Shown: positions 12,670 to 25,105 of the stretch, piece by piece
How the letters are laid out: each line of letters starts with the position of its first letter
How positions within the stretch are numbered: the first letter of the stretch is position 1
From: Dimorphilus gyrociliatus
Taxonomy: Eukaryota > Animalia > Annelida
Length of the DNA: 64,000 bases
Reading direction: 5' to 3'
NCBI GenBank assembly: GCA_904063045.1
Contig: CAJFCJ010000005.1
Coordinates: 4,245,689 to 4,309,688, forward strand
Notes under the pieces: generated by a model
Seen by the model: the letters and a program-made list of their open reading frames with translations, nothing else
What the model was told of the DNA's origin: nothing
Databases searched by the model: none
Program-made: the position numbers and the translations under genes

Positions 12670-14976
12670 ATGATAGCCTACGTTACCGAGGTGATCGTGG
12701 AAGGTGATATGGATGGGAGAAGGAATCAACTTAGAAATAGCCCAAAAAGCGATTCTGTAAGCGATCGTTCAATGGATTCTCATGTGTCTCGTTCCAAGAG
12801 TCAAAAGACGCGACCTCTTCACCCCAAGGAGAGCATTGAAAGTAGATCAACTATTTTGACTAAAAGGCAACTATTCGAGGAAAGAATGAGAATAGCTAAA
12901 CAGAAGAGAGAAGAGGAACTAGAACGAAAGAGGCTAGGAGTTATAGCTGCTGAACAGAAAGCCGAAGAATTTCGAAAGAAGCAATTAGAGGAGAGAAAGA
13001 AAAAAATAACTGAACAAAAGATGAAAGAATCAGCAAGGCAGCAGGCAGTTTTGAATAGACGAAAGAAAATGGAGGAAGAGAGTAAAGTATGTATAAATAC
13101 TATATTTTTATTTACTGTTATTACTATTATTTTTTTTTTTTAAAAAAAAAGAAAAATAGAGCAAGATTCTTTCATTAAGTTTACTATTCTGTTTCTTCCT
13201 TTCTTCTTATCACTGTTTCTTTTTCAAACAGAAAAAAATCCTAAGCCAGATGAATAAAACTCTACAAAAAACGGTTCAGCCAAACGATGCGAGAGATCAT
13301 CAGAAAAAATACGCATTTGGATCACGTGTCTCTGCCCAGTCTTCGTCATTAAATAGGACACCAGAGAACGCACGAAAAGAAAACATTCCGCCTCATATTA
13401 CCTCATCGTCCCATTCTCTACCTCCTTCCTCTAATCATCATCAGCATCATCATCATCGTCAACCCCACCAGCAACAGCAACATCAACAATACAACCATAA
13501 TAGCCATAATCATCATCATACCCATCATGCTTCCCTTAATCCTGCTACTTCCCCTCCTTCTTCACGTCTTTCTAATAATTCCCTACGTCCGCCTGCTCAT
13601 CCATCCTCTGCTCCATCTCGAGCAAATTCTAAAAAATCAATTGTACAAAAAAATTCAAGAGTGAACACTCCAATCAAGAATATTGCAACAACGACTAATA
13701 ATCTTTTAATTAACGGTACATTATCAATTAAACAATTAATATTTCTTATCAGTATTACTCATGTATTTTTTCGTTTTATCTAGAAAAGCAAGATAGAAAC
13801 AAAACTAAGCAGGGAAATCAGACTTTTACTGTTGGTGACACGAAGAAAAGAAGGACTGTTCAATTCGCCGAAAACAAAGAGAAGCCCAGAGAGAATATTA
13901 AACGAAAATTCTTGGATGCCAAAGATTCACCTATTAGGACGTCACCACCGTCTCCAGACAGGAAGAAAAGGATTATTAGAGAATTGCCTAAAGATGATAA
14001 GAGAACGGACGTGACCACTCTTGTAAAGCGTCCACCACCTCCTCCGATAAATTCCTCATCATCTTCACCCCTTCCTTCAAAATTCTTGCAATCAAAGAGA
14101 GAGGCAGTCAAAGGTAAACTTGAAATGAAAGATACTACCAACTTGAAAGAAGAGAATAAAGAAGAGCCTATGGATGAGGGGAACTATTTCGATAAGGACG
14201 AGAAGGTAGGAGAAAATGAGACGCAACAAGAAAAAGTAGAAAAAGAGGACAAGAAAGCAGAAAGTGAAAAACTTGCCGTAGCTTCGGCTAAATCAGAAGT
14301 TCAGAATCAGATACAGGTGCATATGGTAAAGGACGATAACATGAGAGAAGATAACAGAACGGAAGACAGAGACGAAACTGACAACCAAATGGAAACAGAA
14401 GATAAAGTAACGCCTGTTATTAAATCTGAAAGGTAAGATGAAAGGGTTAATTAAGGTCATTTTAAAAATTGTAATTTTGTTTATGCTAAGCAAATTGGGA
14501 ATAAAGAAATGAAAATTTTGTTTTTTAATAATGAAAACAGGTTAAGAAACGAATTTGAGAAAATTGACAGGATTCGTAAAGCTAATTACGAATTACTACA
14601 AAAATCTCGTATGGAGGCTTTAAAGAGAGAGAGAGAAAGAAAAGAAAGACAGCAAAAGGAAGAAGAGGAAAGACTGGAAAGGAAAAAGAAATTAGAAAGT
14701 ATAATGAAAAGAGTTAAAGTTCAATCTGCAACCGAAAACAATTTCAAAAAGGATAATTACGACATGAAATCCTCACCGAAACTCGCCGAGACATTTAAAT
14801 CTCCATTGCTTCGTCAGCTTTTGGCTGATAAAAAAAATCGTACTGCTGGTAATAGTCAAGTGACCAAACCGGCCGATATAGAATCTATAGACATATCAAG
14901 AAACGAACAAATTGTTGTAAATGATAAGAATGAACGGAAAATTGCATTTGAAGAGGAAATCGTTCCAGAAATGTAG
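12670..14976 (+). CDS. MAP7: MAP7/ensconsin-like microtubule-associated protein; exons 12670-13086, 13232-13715, 13784-14432, 14541-14976, 661 aa
   Basis: Four GT-AG exons join in frame (1986 nt). N-terminal E/R/K helix, S/P/H/Q-rich linker, and C-terminal MAP7-domain motif EEERLERKKKLESIMKRVK. Confidence 0.75.
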
Positions 14977-15383
14977 AGTAGATCATTTGTTTTTCATTTA
15001 GATTTTTTTCGGATGTTTCTCCTCTCCCTCTCCCTCTCTTTCTCTCTCTCTCAAAGAAGTTTTGAACAAGAAAATAACTATTTACCTTCTTTGTTTTAAC
15101 ATTTTTTTTAGTATTTTTCGTCTTGCACATAGTTTTTTCTCCTCCTTTATCTAAAATTTTTAAACATATTATTTAATATTTTATTTTTCCTTTTTTTTTG
15201 TAATTTTTACCAAACTCCTGCAAGCTATCTACTTATTTTACTGCATATTAAAAATAAGCGATTAAAAGATATTCTTAACATTGATATTTTTTGATAAATA
15301 GATTTTAGTATTCTTTATTTTTATATTTATTTTGATTACTTTTAAAGCTGGTACGGTTCGATACCAGAATTACTAACCGACCG

Positions 15384-15421
15384 ATTCACCAAACGACCGA
15401 TCGACCGACCGTTTGGTGAAT
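15384..15421. other. Perfect 12-bp inverted repeat (stem-loop) upstream of ADAM17
   Basis: ATTCACCAAACG (15384-15395) and CGTTTGGTGAAT (15410-15421) are exact reverse complements with a 14-nt loop. Confidence 0.85.
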
Positions 15422-15539
15422 GGTTACTGGTTTACCAATTATCGTTCACTCGAGGAAGACGAAAGTTAAAAAAGAATATGTTGGCTTGAAAGTAGCAAGG
15501 AAATCATTAATCAAAAATCAAAATCAATATACTTTTAAT

Positions 15540-18500
15540 ATGAATTTAATGTGTAGAATCCTTATTATACCGTTGTTATTTATGGTTTTAAGTAAGTGTA
15601 ATTACACGGTAAAAAATTGATATATTAAGGAAATTAATCACTTAGAAGGAAAATGATTACGTTATATGTATATGTATTTGTAAATTCTTTTACAGCTTGC
15701 GCAACTTCTAGGAAAATTTACGATTATTTACATCATAGTGAAATTCATACACATCCTTCCAAAAGATCTTTGGATCGTAATTCAAAAATCATTAGTTTTA
15801 CAGCATTCCGCCGGTAAATATCTACTTGAAATTTGAAAAATAGAATAATGGCAGAGAATCCATTGTGTCAATACTAAAATGGCTTTCTATTCTCGTAGAT
15901 ATTTTCAGCTGCATTTAAGACGCAAACAGCTTCCTCTTGATAGAAAATTTAAAGTAATCGAAGTAGACGCCCAAAATAACCATAGGACTGCAGATGTTTT
16001 CAGGGATACAGTAATGTACGAGGGTTATGTAATAGGTTGGTCAGCTTTTATTTTTATTTTTTCTCTCTGTTTTCTTAATATTATTAAGGAAAGTAATAGT
16101 ATTAGTCATCAAGGAAGAGAAAAGAAGAGAGAAAGAGAATGAAAAGAAAAAATCTACAAAGCATTCTTATTAAATAGACAAACAAACAGATAGACAGATA
16201 AATAGATAGATAGAAAGCAACAGGAACGTAAATTGAGAAAGTCTATTGATAAATATTTTATATCGTAAAAAAAATCGATTAACTTTTTAACAGGTGAGCC
16301 CTATACATCTCACGTTTCCGCTTATTGGGAAAGCGATAAGGAACTAATGGCTTCCATAAGATCCAAGCAAGACACTTTTGTAATAGAGGTAAGAGTAAGA
16401 GCAAGAGTAAGAGCAAGAGAAAATAAGAAAACGAAATTGAGTGAATGAGTAAAATTACACAAAGATAAGATATCTAATATATTAAAAATACATCTAATTA
16501 GCCTTCTTGGAGACACGAAGCATCCCCTAATAGTACAATGTTGACTTACCGAGCGTCCGATATTGACAAGTTACCAAAAGAAAAGTTAGTATTTTCGAAA
16601 TCAGTTAAACATAAGCAATATAATTCGATCAATGAAAATAGACATTTCTGCGCATTTGTGAACCCTTATAAGGAGGATGGAAACGGATTGAACGATAAGA
16701 CGGGATACCATAAAACGAAACAAAACACAAAGAGAATAAAAAGAGATGAAAAATCGAATGCAAATATTATTAAGAAGAAAAGATGCTCTATTTATCTTGT
16801 AGCTGATTACAAATTTACGAAAGAAATGGGAAATAATGATGTTAAAATTACAACTTGGTATTTGGTACGATATTAAAATAATACTTTTGTTACTACTAAT
16901 ACCTACTAGTTTTAATATGATATATATACTATTTATATATATATATATATTTATTTATTTACAACAGATTGGATTACTAGAACGGGTTGATAACATTTAC
17001 AGAAATACAGATTTTGGAGATGGTTATAATGGTATGGGATTCTCTATTAAAGAAATTGTCGTTCACACTGCTCCTACAAATGAATTTTCCCATTATAATT
17101 CTATCCCTAGAACAAAATGGCAAACTAAAGATTTACTAAAGGTTTGCTAAATTAGTAAACTGATCCCCCTCTTTAAGTAATTTAATGGAAAAATTTTTTT
17201 CCTTCTTTCTCCTTTATAGTCGTTTAGCAGGCAAGACAAACTTCGAAATTTTTGCCTTGGTCATCTTTTTACTTATACTTCTTTTGATACTGGAGTTCTT
17301 GGCCTCGCCTACATTGCCTCTCCCAGACGCTATTCAGCTGGGGGTATTTGTACGACAGCTTACGGTAGTGCATGGTTAAATACCGGCTGGAGTAGTTCTG
17401 TAAATAGATACGGCAAAAAGCTTTTGGCCCAGGAGGCTGACATCGTCACAGCTCACGGTTCGATATTTATATATATAAATTTATATACATACCGTATATA
17501 CAGTATACAGAGACCTATTAATTTTCAAATTAATATCTGCATATTTAAAAATCCAATAGAATTTGGTCATAATTGGGGTAGCGAACACGATCCAGATAAT
17601 ACAGAATGTTCTCCAAAAAACTATGGAAAATATATTATGCATACATACGCTGTGTCAGGATACGAAAAGAATAATCAAGTAGGCTTCTACAAGAATTCCT
17701 AATTAGACAAATGCTTTAACGACATGTGACAAACAGATTTTTTCACCTTGTTCTAAAAGATCAATAAAGAATGTCCTCATTCAAAAACATTCTAGATGTT
17801 TTACCGGTATATTCATTTACAATATTTACAATATATTATATTCCACTATATCACTTTTATATTATGATTAAAAAACTATTTTAAAATTTTATAGAGCCTT
17901 CTCAAGCTTATTGCGGAAATAGTTTAGTTGAAGAAGGCGAAGAATGCGATCCTGGACTTCTCACTACGGACAACTGCTGCTCAGCGACTTGTAAGCTGAA
18001 AGAAGGCGCAAAATGTAGCCCTCTTAATCATGGATGCTGTACAGAAGATTGTAAAATTAAGGCCGAAGGAAAAATTTGCATAGAAGAACAGCCAACCCGT
18101 TGCCAAGGTAATTCAAAGTGTGATGGAATAGCACCTACATGTCCTAAACCAGGACCGGCTAATAACAATATGGCATGTGGTGCTGAACAGGAAATGTCTA
18201 AATGTCGTAATGGAGAGTGTATTGCTTTTTGCGAAACTGTAAATAAAGTCTCTTGCCAATGCGAGGAGGCAGAAAACGTATGCAACTGGTGTTGTAAAGA
18301 CTCTAAAAGTGCCCCTTGTAAACCCTACTATTTTGCTGGAAATAAGACAAGACATTTAAGGGACGGAAGACCTTGCTTAACTGGTTTATGTTGGCAAGGA
18401 GTCTGCAAAAAACCTGAATCAGATTTTGAACGTTTCTGGAATATTATAGATAATTTGCATCCAAGTAGAATTGGTTTGTAGTTAGTTACATTCGCTAATG

Positions 18501-19017
18501 ATGCATGAAAAATCAATAACTGTTCATTAAAAATATTTTTAATGCAGCTGCGTTTATGAGGGAAAATATTGTTGGAACTGTAATAATTCTGACTTTAATA
18601 TTGTGGATTCCGGCTTCATGCGCCGTTAGTTACATTGTAAGTAATTACGGTTTAATTAACTTTTCTCTCGCCCTTTTGTTTGTTTTGTTTTTGTTCTAAA
18701 CTCCTTTCAACGTTACGTTCCTTATTTATCGTTTTTAAAGGACAGGAAAAGAAAGTTGGAAGATAAAGAGTTTATGCAATGGCAAAATCCAACGGTTCGT
18801 TATCAGATGTATTTTTTTCTTATTTTCTATATATAACGGCCAATTTTCTTCTATTTAAATCAAGAACCAAGAGGCCCTGCTTAACGAAACTGACAAAAGG
18901 CGTGTTAAACCATCACGACAACTGAGAAAAAGACAACCGAGTATTAGAAACGATACTGGTACAATAAATCTTCAATCGACTTATAAATCAGATCCCTATC
19001 CAAGTACTTTAGTATAA
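15540..19017 (+). CDS. ADAM17: ADAM17/TACE metalloprotease-disintegrin, multi-exon; last exon boundary uncertain
   Basis: Signal exon (MNL)[14 protein letters not shown] with GTAAGT at 15592. Cys-switch HFCAFV, furin site RIKR, zinc motif [12 protein letters not shown] split by a phase-1 intron, disintegrin and Cys-rich domains, TM segment [24 protein letters not shown]. Confidence 0.93.
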
Positions 19018-20094
19018 CAGACATTTTCAAAGAGATTTTTCTTTTTTTTTACATATAACTAATTTTTAATTTGTCTTTCGTATATTCTTCCGTCTAAAGT
19101 ACGGTGTGTATTTGTATATACATCCACAATGTCTAATACTGTAATACTGTATTTTGTATACTGCTGTTTAATTTGATTATATTTTTTTGTTTAATTGTCT
19201 TTTTTTTTAAACGGTTCTTTGCTTTTAACATTTTGCTAAAAAAAAAAAATATTATTGTTGAATTAAATATTTATGTATATTCTTTTTTTTTATTTTGATA
19301 GATATTTATTGAATAATCCTTTAAAATCTTTCATTATTAAGGATAATTGGGGAATATAAAGTGTTTTAGAGCATTCCAATGGAATGCCCTAAAATTCTCT
19401 AAGGAGTTTTATATTTATTGGAAATGTTTTATCAGACTTTTACAACTAAATGGATTATCTTAGTAGCAAATAAAAAGAAGCCTTTGGGATAACGGGAAGG
19501 CACTAAAATCGAAAGGTACTAATTATATAAACATGAATAAGATAATAGCCTTTAAAAGCTCAAAAGCAAACTTAAAAACATTGCTTTTAGAGTGTCTATA
19601 CGCGTTTAACCTTTTCATCAATCGAACATTACCTATTTAATGAAATCCTCTTAACGGAAATGAGACAAATATAGAACAAAGTATCTAAGGAGATGAAATC
19701 TTTATCTTTATTATACGAAAATATGTCGATTAAGCCTGTTCTTAAGAGAAGAAAAAAGAATTTAAAGGTGCATAGTTGATATTAAGTATATTTTTAATAA
19801 ACAAAATAGTAACGAATAAAAAATACGACCTACTCGTCTTAAATTTCTCAATTAATCTTTTCTTTGTGCACGATAGATTCAGTAAATTTTTAATTAGTAG
19901 GCTTTTCTGTTTACGGAAAAGGAAAGCTTAGTTTATAATATTAATCATTACATTACAATAAGCAATATGAAACAGGAAGATATCATCGTTTTCTATTTAT
20001 TATTACTCGCTTTAAAGATACACATATATGTATATTTTAAGAGAAGAAAAGAATAGGAACGTTCTAGAATGTTTTACGTTAGAAGTCGCGCTCG

Positions 20095-20102
20095 GGCGGG
20101 AA
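20095..20102. promoter_or_regulatory. E2F-like site upstream of TOPBP1
   Basis: GGCGGGAA (reverse complement TTCCCGCC) in a small GC-rich island about 730 nt upstream of the ATG. TOPBP1 is an E2F target in mammals. Confidence 0.4.
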
Positions 20103-20830
20103 GTAACATTTTATGCAACGCTTAAAAAGAATAAAAAAAGTTAAAACTACATTACGATTTTCCATTCGTTCTTCTACAAGTCTTTGAAAGAAAATAAACA
20201 GTTAAGGTTTATGGTCTTTCCACCTTTCAACAAACTTGAAATTCTCGTTAAATGATTGGAAGCGATAAGTATGGGGAGGAAAAAAGTTAAATACGTAAAT
20301 TATCGCTCATAGTCACGATAGATTAAATTCTATTTTTTTTCTAATGTTGTTAAATTTGAGATTATAAATTTATAAAGTCAAATAATAAATGTATGGGAAA
20401 ATGGCAGATAAAAATCGAAGTAGAATAGCAAAACAAAGAGATTGAAAATGATTTAATTGTTGACTAAAACGTTTCAATATAGATTTTCAGTTCTTCGACG
20501 TTACGTTATTCGACAGGAAAAAAATTATCGATTGAGAGACTAATTTATAGGAGCATATTTAAAATATGTAAAGGTGATGAATGAAAGAGAGAAGGAAGAG
20601 GCATAATAAGCTGAAAAGCAATAAAAACATTCATAAAAAAAAACAGCTTACGACATCTGTTGTTTAAAATTTTAAGTTGACAATTTGACTAAAACTCAAT
20701 GGAAAGTTTATTATAAACCTTAAAGACTAGAAAATTTAACGCATGAAATCTTGTAATTTAAGGCAGAAAACTTAATTTAAATAGTCCAATTTGGTGCAAG
20801 TAATTATTTACAATAGATTGATATATTGAT

Positions 20831-23800
20831 ATGAATAAATCAAATACAAAGAATGTTAGAAAATTGCTGTTCGTGGGTGAAAAGACGTCGTTAATGAAGC
20901 AAGCCTTTGATTTGGCCACTAAGTCGGATATAGAATGCGTTTGGATAACGATTGAAGACGTTGAGGATAACAATTCTGTCTACGTAATTGAAGAAATAAT
21001 TTCCAACGCTTATCATCAAAAGATACATAAGGCGTCTATGCTTGGACCTTGCTACGTCATAAAAACTTGTTCGGAGCAAAAGACTCTACAAATAGAAAGC
21101 CCAACCGTTAAAATATCGGCTTGTATGACAAATTGCGTAATAGCTTTTACGTCCATTCCCCATAAACAAAGAGAAAATTATAGGCAAAAAATTGCTTTGA
21201 TGAACGGTCAAGTCAGTAATGATTTTCATGAAGATATCACTCATCTTATTGCTGCAGAATCCGGTTCGAGAAAGTTTATTGTCGCTTCTCATCTACGTAA
21301 GCCTATTGTGAGATTTGAATGGTTAGACAATATCTGGACAGATTGTCGTTCAAAACCTTTGCTATCCTTAAAAGATTACGAAATGTATACTTGTCCCTTG
21401 TTTAAAGGTTTAACTATTTGCGTATCAGGATTGTCCACCCAGGCTCGAGCTGTTGTTAAAGAGCGAGTAGAAGAGTTGGGAGGTAATTTTTCTGGTTCTA
21501 TGAATCAAATGTCGTGTACGCATCTAATAGTCGATAAGCCAGAGGGTCAGAAATACGAATATGCTAAAAAATGGCGCATTCATACCGTTAGTCTGCAATG
21601 GTTAAACGATTGCTATGAAAAGAAGGAGGCTAGAGACGAATTCCAATATCAAATAAAAACAACAGCGAGCCCAGTTCAAAAAACTTCAACTCCTAATGCT
21701 TCTATGGCAGGACTACCTCCTCCAGAAGTCAGTCTACTGTCAAATGTGTCAAATTTAGAGGAGACAATACTAGATTCTGGTAATTACATGGATGGCTGTC
21801 AAGTTCTACTGAGGGGTTTCAATCAAGATGATTTGAACAAGTTGAAAAAGCTTGTAAGCCTTTGCGGTGCTATAAATACGAACACTTTAAATGATTCTGT
21901 TACTCACGTAGTCGTTAGCGACCATCGACAAGAGGGAATTGATGATATACAACAAACAAACAATCTAACGATTGTCTCTGAAAAATGGTTAATCGATTGT
22001 GCTAAGCAAAGGAAAAAGCTTGATACCTCCAATTATGAAATTAATAGTCACAGTCGTATCAATACTATTTATGATAACAGTATAAATCAAAGCGGAGCTA
22101 CGTCTAATAGACCTAGTTCTCAAAATCACCATCCAGTTAGTTTTATGGGTAATAGTACATTAGAAAAGGTTGCAGCAATATTAGAACAATTTGATCCACC
22201 CCCCATCAATACTTCTACATCAGCTATTACACCAGCATTTTCACCATCTCCACAATCAGTATCGCCATCTCTTAATCCTCCTTCGTCTGTTACTGCTCGT
22301 TCTTCCCTCCCCAAAGACGGTAATAATGAAACAATATTAACAACTCGCTCGTCTAATAACGGCGAAAATAGTCAATCGTTAACAGTATTAACAAGTGAAG
22401 AATCGACTACTTTTGACGGTTTAGAAGAGTCAACAGCCAGGAAATTATTTTCCAATCTCACTTTTAGAATTCATAAAAATGTCGAAGATTGTGACTCCTT
22501 AAAGACTATTCTCGAGGAGAATGGAGCCACTATAAAAGAGGAAAAGCCCGATTACTACGTTGTACCCATAAACGAGTGTATATTATCGCGTAATAAAACT
22601 GAAGTCATCACTGACGCATGGATTTGGTTATGTCTAGAAAAGGATTACATTGTAAAATTGACATTTATATGTAGGCCATTACCAGCTATTCAAGGAGAAC
22701 CTCTCACAGACTGCGTTATCTGTCTTTCTGGATTTCAGGGAGTGGAAAGGGAAGTTTTAATCGAAATAGCTAAATCTTTAGGCGCTACTGTTCAAGATCA
22801 GTTATGCAGAAAAGATCAAAAACAACTAAAAGCTTCCACTCATCTAATTCTCAAGGAAGCCTCCGGTAATAAATTTGAAGCAGCTCGTCGTTGGAGGAAA
22901 TTTGCGATCAGATCAACCTGGCTTAGGGCTTGCCTGATGACTCAATCAAAGGTAGACGAAACGGATTATGACGTAGAATTGCCCGAAGAAGAGTTAGAAG
23001 AGGAGACTGTAGAAGAAACTCAACAACAAAACACGGAACAGATAAGCACACGACACTCCGAAGAACTTGTTGAAGATACACAAGAGACAGTAGACGAAAC
23101 TGAAACTAGTAGAAAACTTGATGAAAGCCGACAAGAAGTATCTGAAACATTTTCCCCTCGGCCAGATTATATCGACTCGCCATCAGTCTTTCTCAATCCC
23201 GATAAACCATTTAAGCCTAGATTGCGTCTAAATAGTCAATTACTTAAAAGTACACCTATCGAACGTAAAAGGCCTAAATTTAATTTCAACTTTGCTGATG
23301 AATGCTCTAAAAGTGTTGGATTGGCTTTACAAAATTCGAAAGACAGAGCCTCACCGAGGGGTCTAACTCCGGCCGTAAAACGCTTAAGAATAACCCCTTT
23401 AGGAGGTGTCGTTATAGGCGTGTCGACTAAACTAGCCGATCAGCAGAGGAGACTAAATGAAATAGCAGAACGATTGGGCGCAGAATATCGTTGGAACTTG
23501 GAAGATGGTAGCATAACCCACTTGATAAGTGACAGATTATCCAGAAGTGAATTGGAAGAATCAATAAATATGGGACGAAAAGTTGTCAGTGCTAAATGGA
23601 TAGAGAATTGTTTGGAAGAGAATAGGCATTTGGAGGAAGAGGATTTTCTACCAAAAATGATCAGAGAGAGCAGTGCCGAAGACGAAAAAATCGAGTCTGA
23701 TATTCAAGCCTTAATGGAGTTGGACGATAATCGCGTACAGCACGAAATTCCACTTAAGAAATCGTTTTGTGGATTAGCATCATTCCATCAAACTCAACAA

Positions 23801-24508
23801 ATTGCCTCTCAGCCACAAAAAGGAGATGTTCGCTGGGAAGACAATTCTATATGCTATGAGAGGAGTGATGATAGTGGTGATACAACGGAAGAAAGGCGAT
23901 TCATTTTATCAGGTTTTACTGATGGCAAAAAGAAGGAAATTATAGATTTAATTATGGGTATGGACAATGCTCAAGTTATCCAAAGTAACGGTTTCGATTC
24001 AAGTTGCACTCATATGATTGTTGCTTCGATGACTAGAAACGAAAAGATTCTTTCAGCAATTTCAACAGGCAAATGGATACTTAGATTAGATTATATACTC
24101 GACAGTTGCAATCGTAATGAATGGCTAGAAGAAGAATCGTACGAATGGGCGGAAAATTTAGCAGAAATTTCAACAGTAACTTCAAAATTATCAATTGCCA
24201 GTAGAAATTGGAGAACGAGAATAAAGAATGGCGAAAATTTACCATATCAGGGATGGAACGTTGGCCTGTTTATTAGTAATGACAAGGTTGATGGATTTAG
24301 GAAAATATTAACATCAGGTGGCGCTCAAATAGCATGGATGAATAAAGCTAATGGAAGAGTAACCCATTGCTTTGTCGATACTTCGTTACTTAAATTTCGC
24401 AAAAGAATTTTAAAGAATGTTGAAGCCGACTATATATTAAAGTCAGATTATATGGTTTCTTTTCTTATGGGAAATGCTGACTCTGCAGCTCACGAAATTA
24501 CCTTTTAA
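20831..24508 (+). CDS. TOPBP1: DNA topoisomerase II-binding protein 1 (multi-BRCT checkpoint/replication scaffold), single exon, 1225 aa
   Basis: Uninterrupted ORF with repeated BRCT motifs (THLIA..KF..W, CTHLIV..KY..W, VTHVVV..W, STHLIL..KF..W, ITHLIS..W, CTHMIV..TRNEKIL..W) and an ATR-activation-domain-like VRWED before the final BRCT pair. Confidence 0.93.
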   Translation: MNKSNTKNVRKLLFVGEKTSLMKQAFDLATKSDIECVWITIEDVEDNNSVYVIEEIISNAYHQKIHKASMLGPCYVIKTCSEQKTLQIESPTVKISACMTNCVIAFTSIPHKQRENYRQKIALMNGQVSNDFHEDITHLIAAESGSRKFIVASHLRKPIVRFEWLDNIWTDCRSKPLLSLKDYEMYTCPLFKGLTICVSGLSTQARAVVKERVEELGGNFSGSMNQMSCTHLIVDKPEGQKYEYAKKWRIHTVSLQWLNDCYEKKEARDEFQYQIKTTASPVQKTSTPNASMAGLPPPEVSLLSNVSNLEETILDSGNYMDGCQVLLRGFNQDDLNKLKKLVSLCGAINTNTLNDSVTHVVVSDHRQEGIDDIQQTNNLTIVSEKWLIDCAKQRKKLDTSNYEINSHSRINTIYDNSINQSGATSNRPSSQNHHPVSFMGNSTLEKVAAILEQFDPPPINTSTSAITPAFSPSPQSVSPSLNPPSSVTARSSLPKDGNNETILTTRSSNNGENSQSLTVLTSEESTTFDGLEESTARKLFSNLTFRIHKNVEDCDSLKTILEENGATIKEEKPDYYVVPINECILSRNKTEVITDAWIWLCLEKDYIVKLTFICRPLPAIQGEPLTDCVICLSGFQGVEREVLIEIAKSLGATVQDQLCRKDQKQLKASTHLILKEASGNKFEAARRWRKFAIRSTWLRACLMTQSKVDETDYDVELPEEELEEETVEETQQQNTEQISTRHSEELVEDTQETVDETETSRKLDESRQEVSETFSPRPDYIDSPSVFLNPDKPFKPRLRLNSQLLKSTPIERKRPKFNFNFADECSKSVGLALQNSKDRASPRGLTPAVKRLRITPLGGVVIGVSTKLADQQRRLNEIAERLGAEYRWNLEDGSITHLISDRLSRSELEESINMGRKVVSAKWIENCLEENRHLEEEDFLPKMIRESSAEDEKIESDIQALMELDDNRVQHEIPLKKSFCGLASFHQTQQIASQPQKGDVRWEDNSICYERSDDSGDTTEERRFILSGFTDGKKKEIIDLIMGMDNAQVIQSNGFDSSCTHMIVASMTRNEKILSAISTGKWILRLDYILDSCNRNEWLEEESYEWAENLAEISTVTSKLSIASRNWRTRIKNGENLPYQGWNVGLFISNDKVDGFRKILTSGGAQIAWMNKANGRVTHCFVDTSLLKFRKRILKNVEADYILKSDYMVSFLMGNADSAAHEITF

Positions 24509-25105
24509 TTTTAATATGTAATTAATCATCTTCTATGAATATTCATGGCTCCTTCAATAACCGATTCCATTTTGGAATATAACGTGTACATAAATATTTA
24601 TATATAGTAGCATATACATTGTTTTCTTTCTCTTTCTCTTCGTTTTCCTCTCCATCCTAACTAATTGCCGTTAAAGTACACCTGATTAATTACTTGTTTT
24701 TTTAGTTAAAAGAAAAATAATCACGCAAGAAAGCAAACAGTAATTTAAATAGCATTTTCTCATTTTCTTTTATTAAACATCTCTTTTTTTTTAACAATTT
24801 AATTTAATTTTTTAATAATTTAAATAAATATTGATTTATGTCAAAGTATAACGATCGATGAGGTTGACTTAATTTTTGTCTGTTTTATCAATTAATCTGT
24901 ATACTGTTTATAAGTGCATACATGTATATAAGATCGTTTTATCCTTTTACCCCATTCCCCAGAAATTCCTAATACCCTTCTTCCCTTTCCTCTACCTCTT
25001 TCGTCAACCCTGTTTTATCCCCCAACCCCCTCCCTTCATCTCCTATTATAACATTTGTTTCTATATACAATGTTGTTAGTATTTCGTTTTTTGTCATTTA
25101 AACAA

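Noticed and set aside
13860-14493. Antisense ORFs over MAP7 (and similarly 22126-22314, 28617-28859, 34046-34414, 53242-53784)
   Set aside because: Shadow or alternative-frame ORFs of real coding exons with biased composition.
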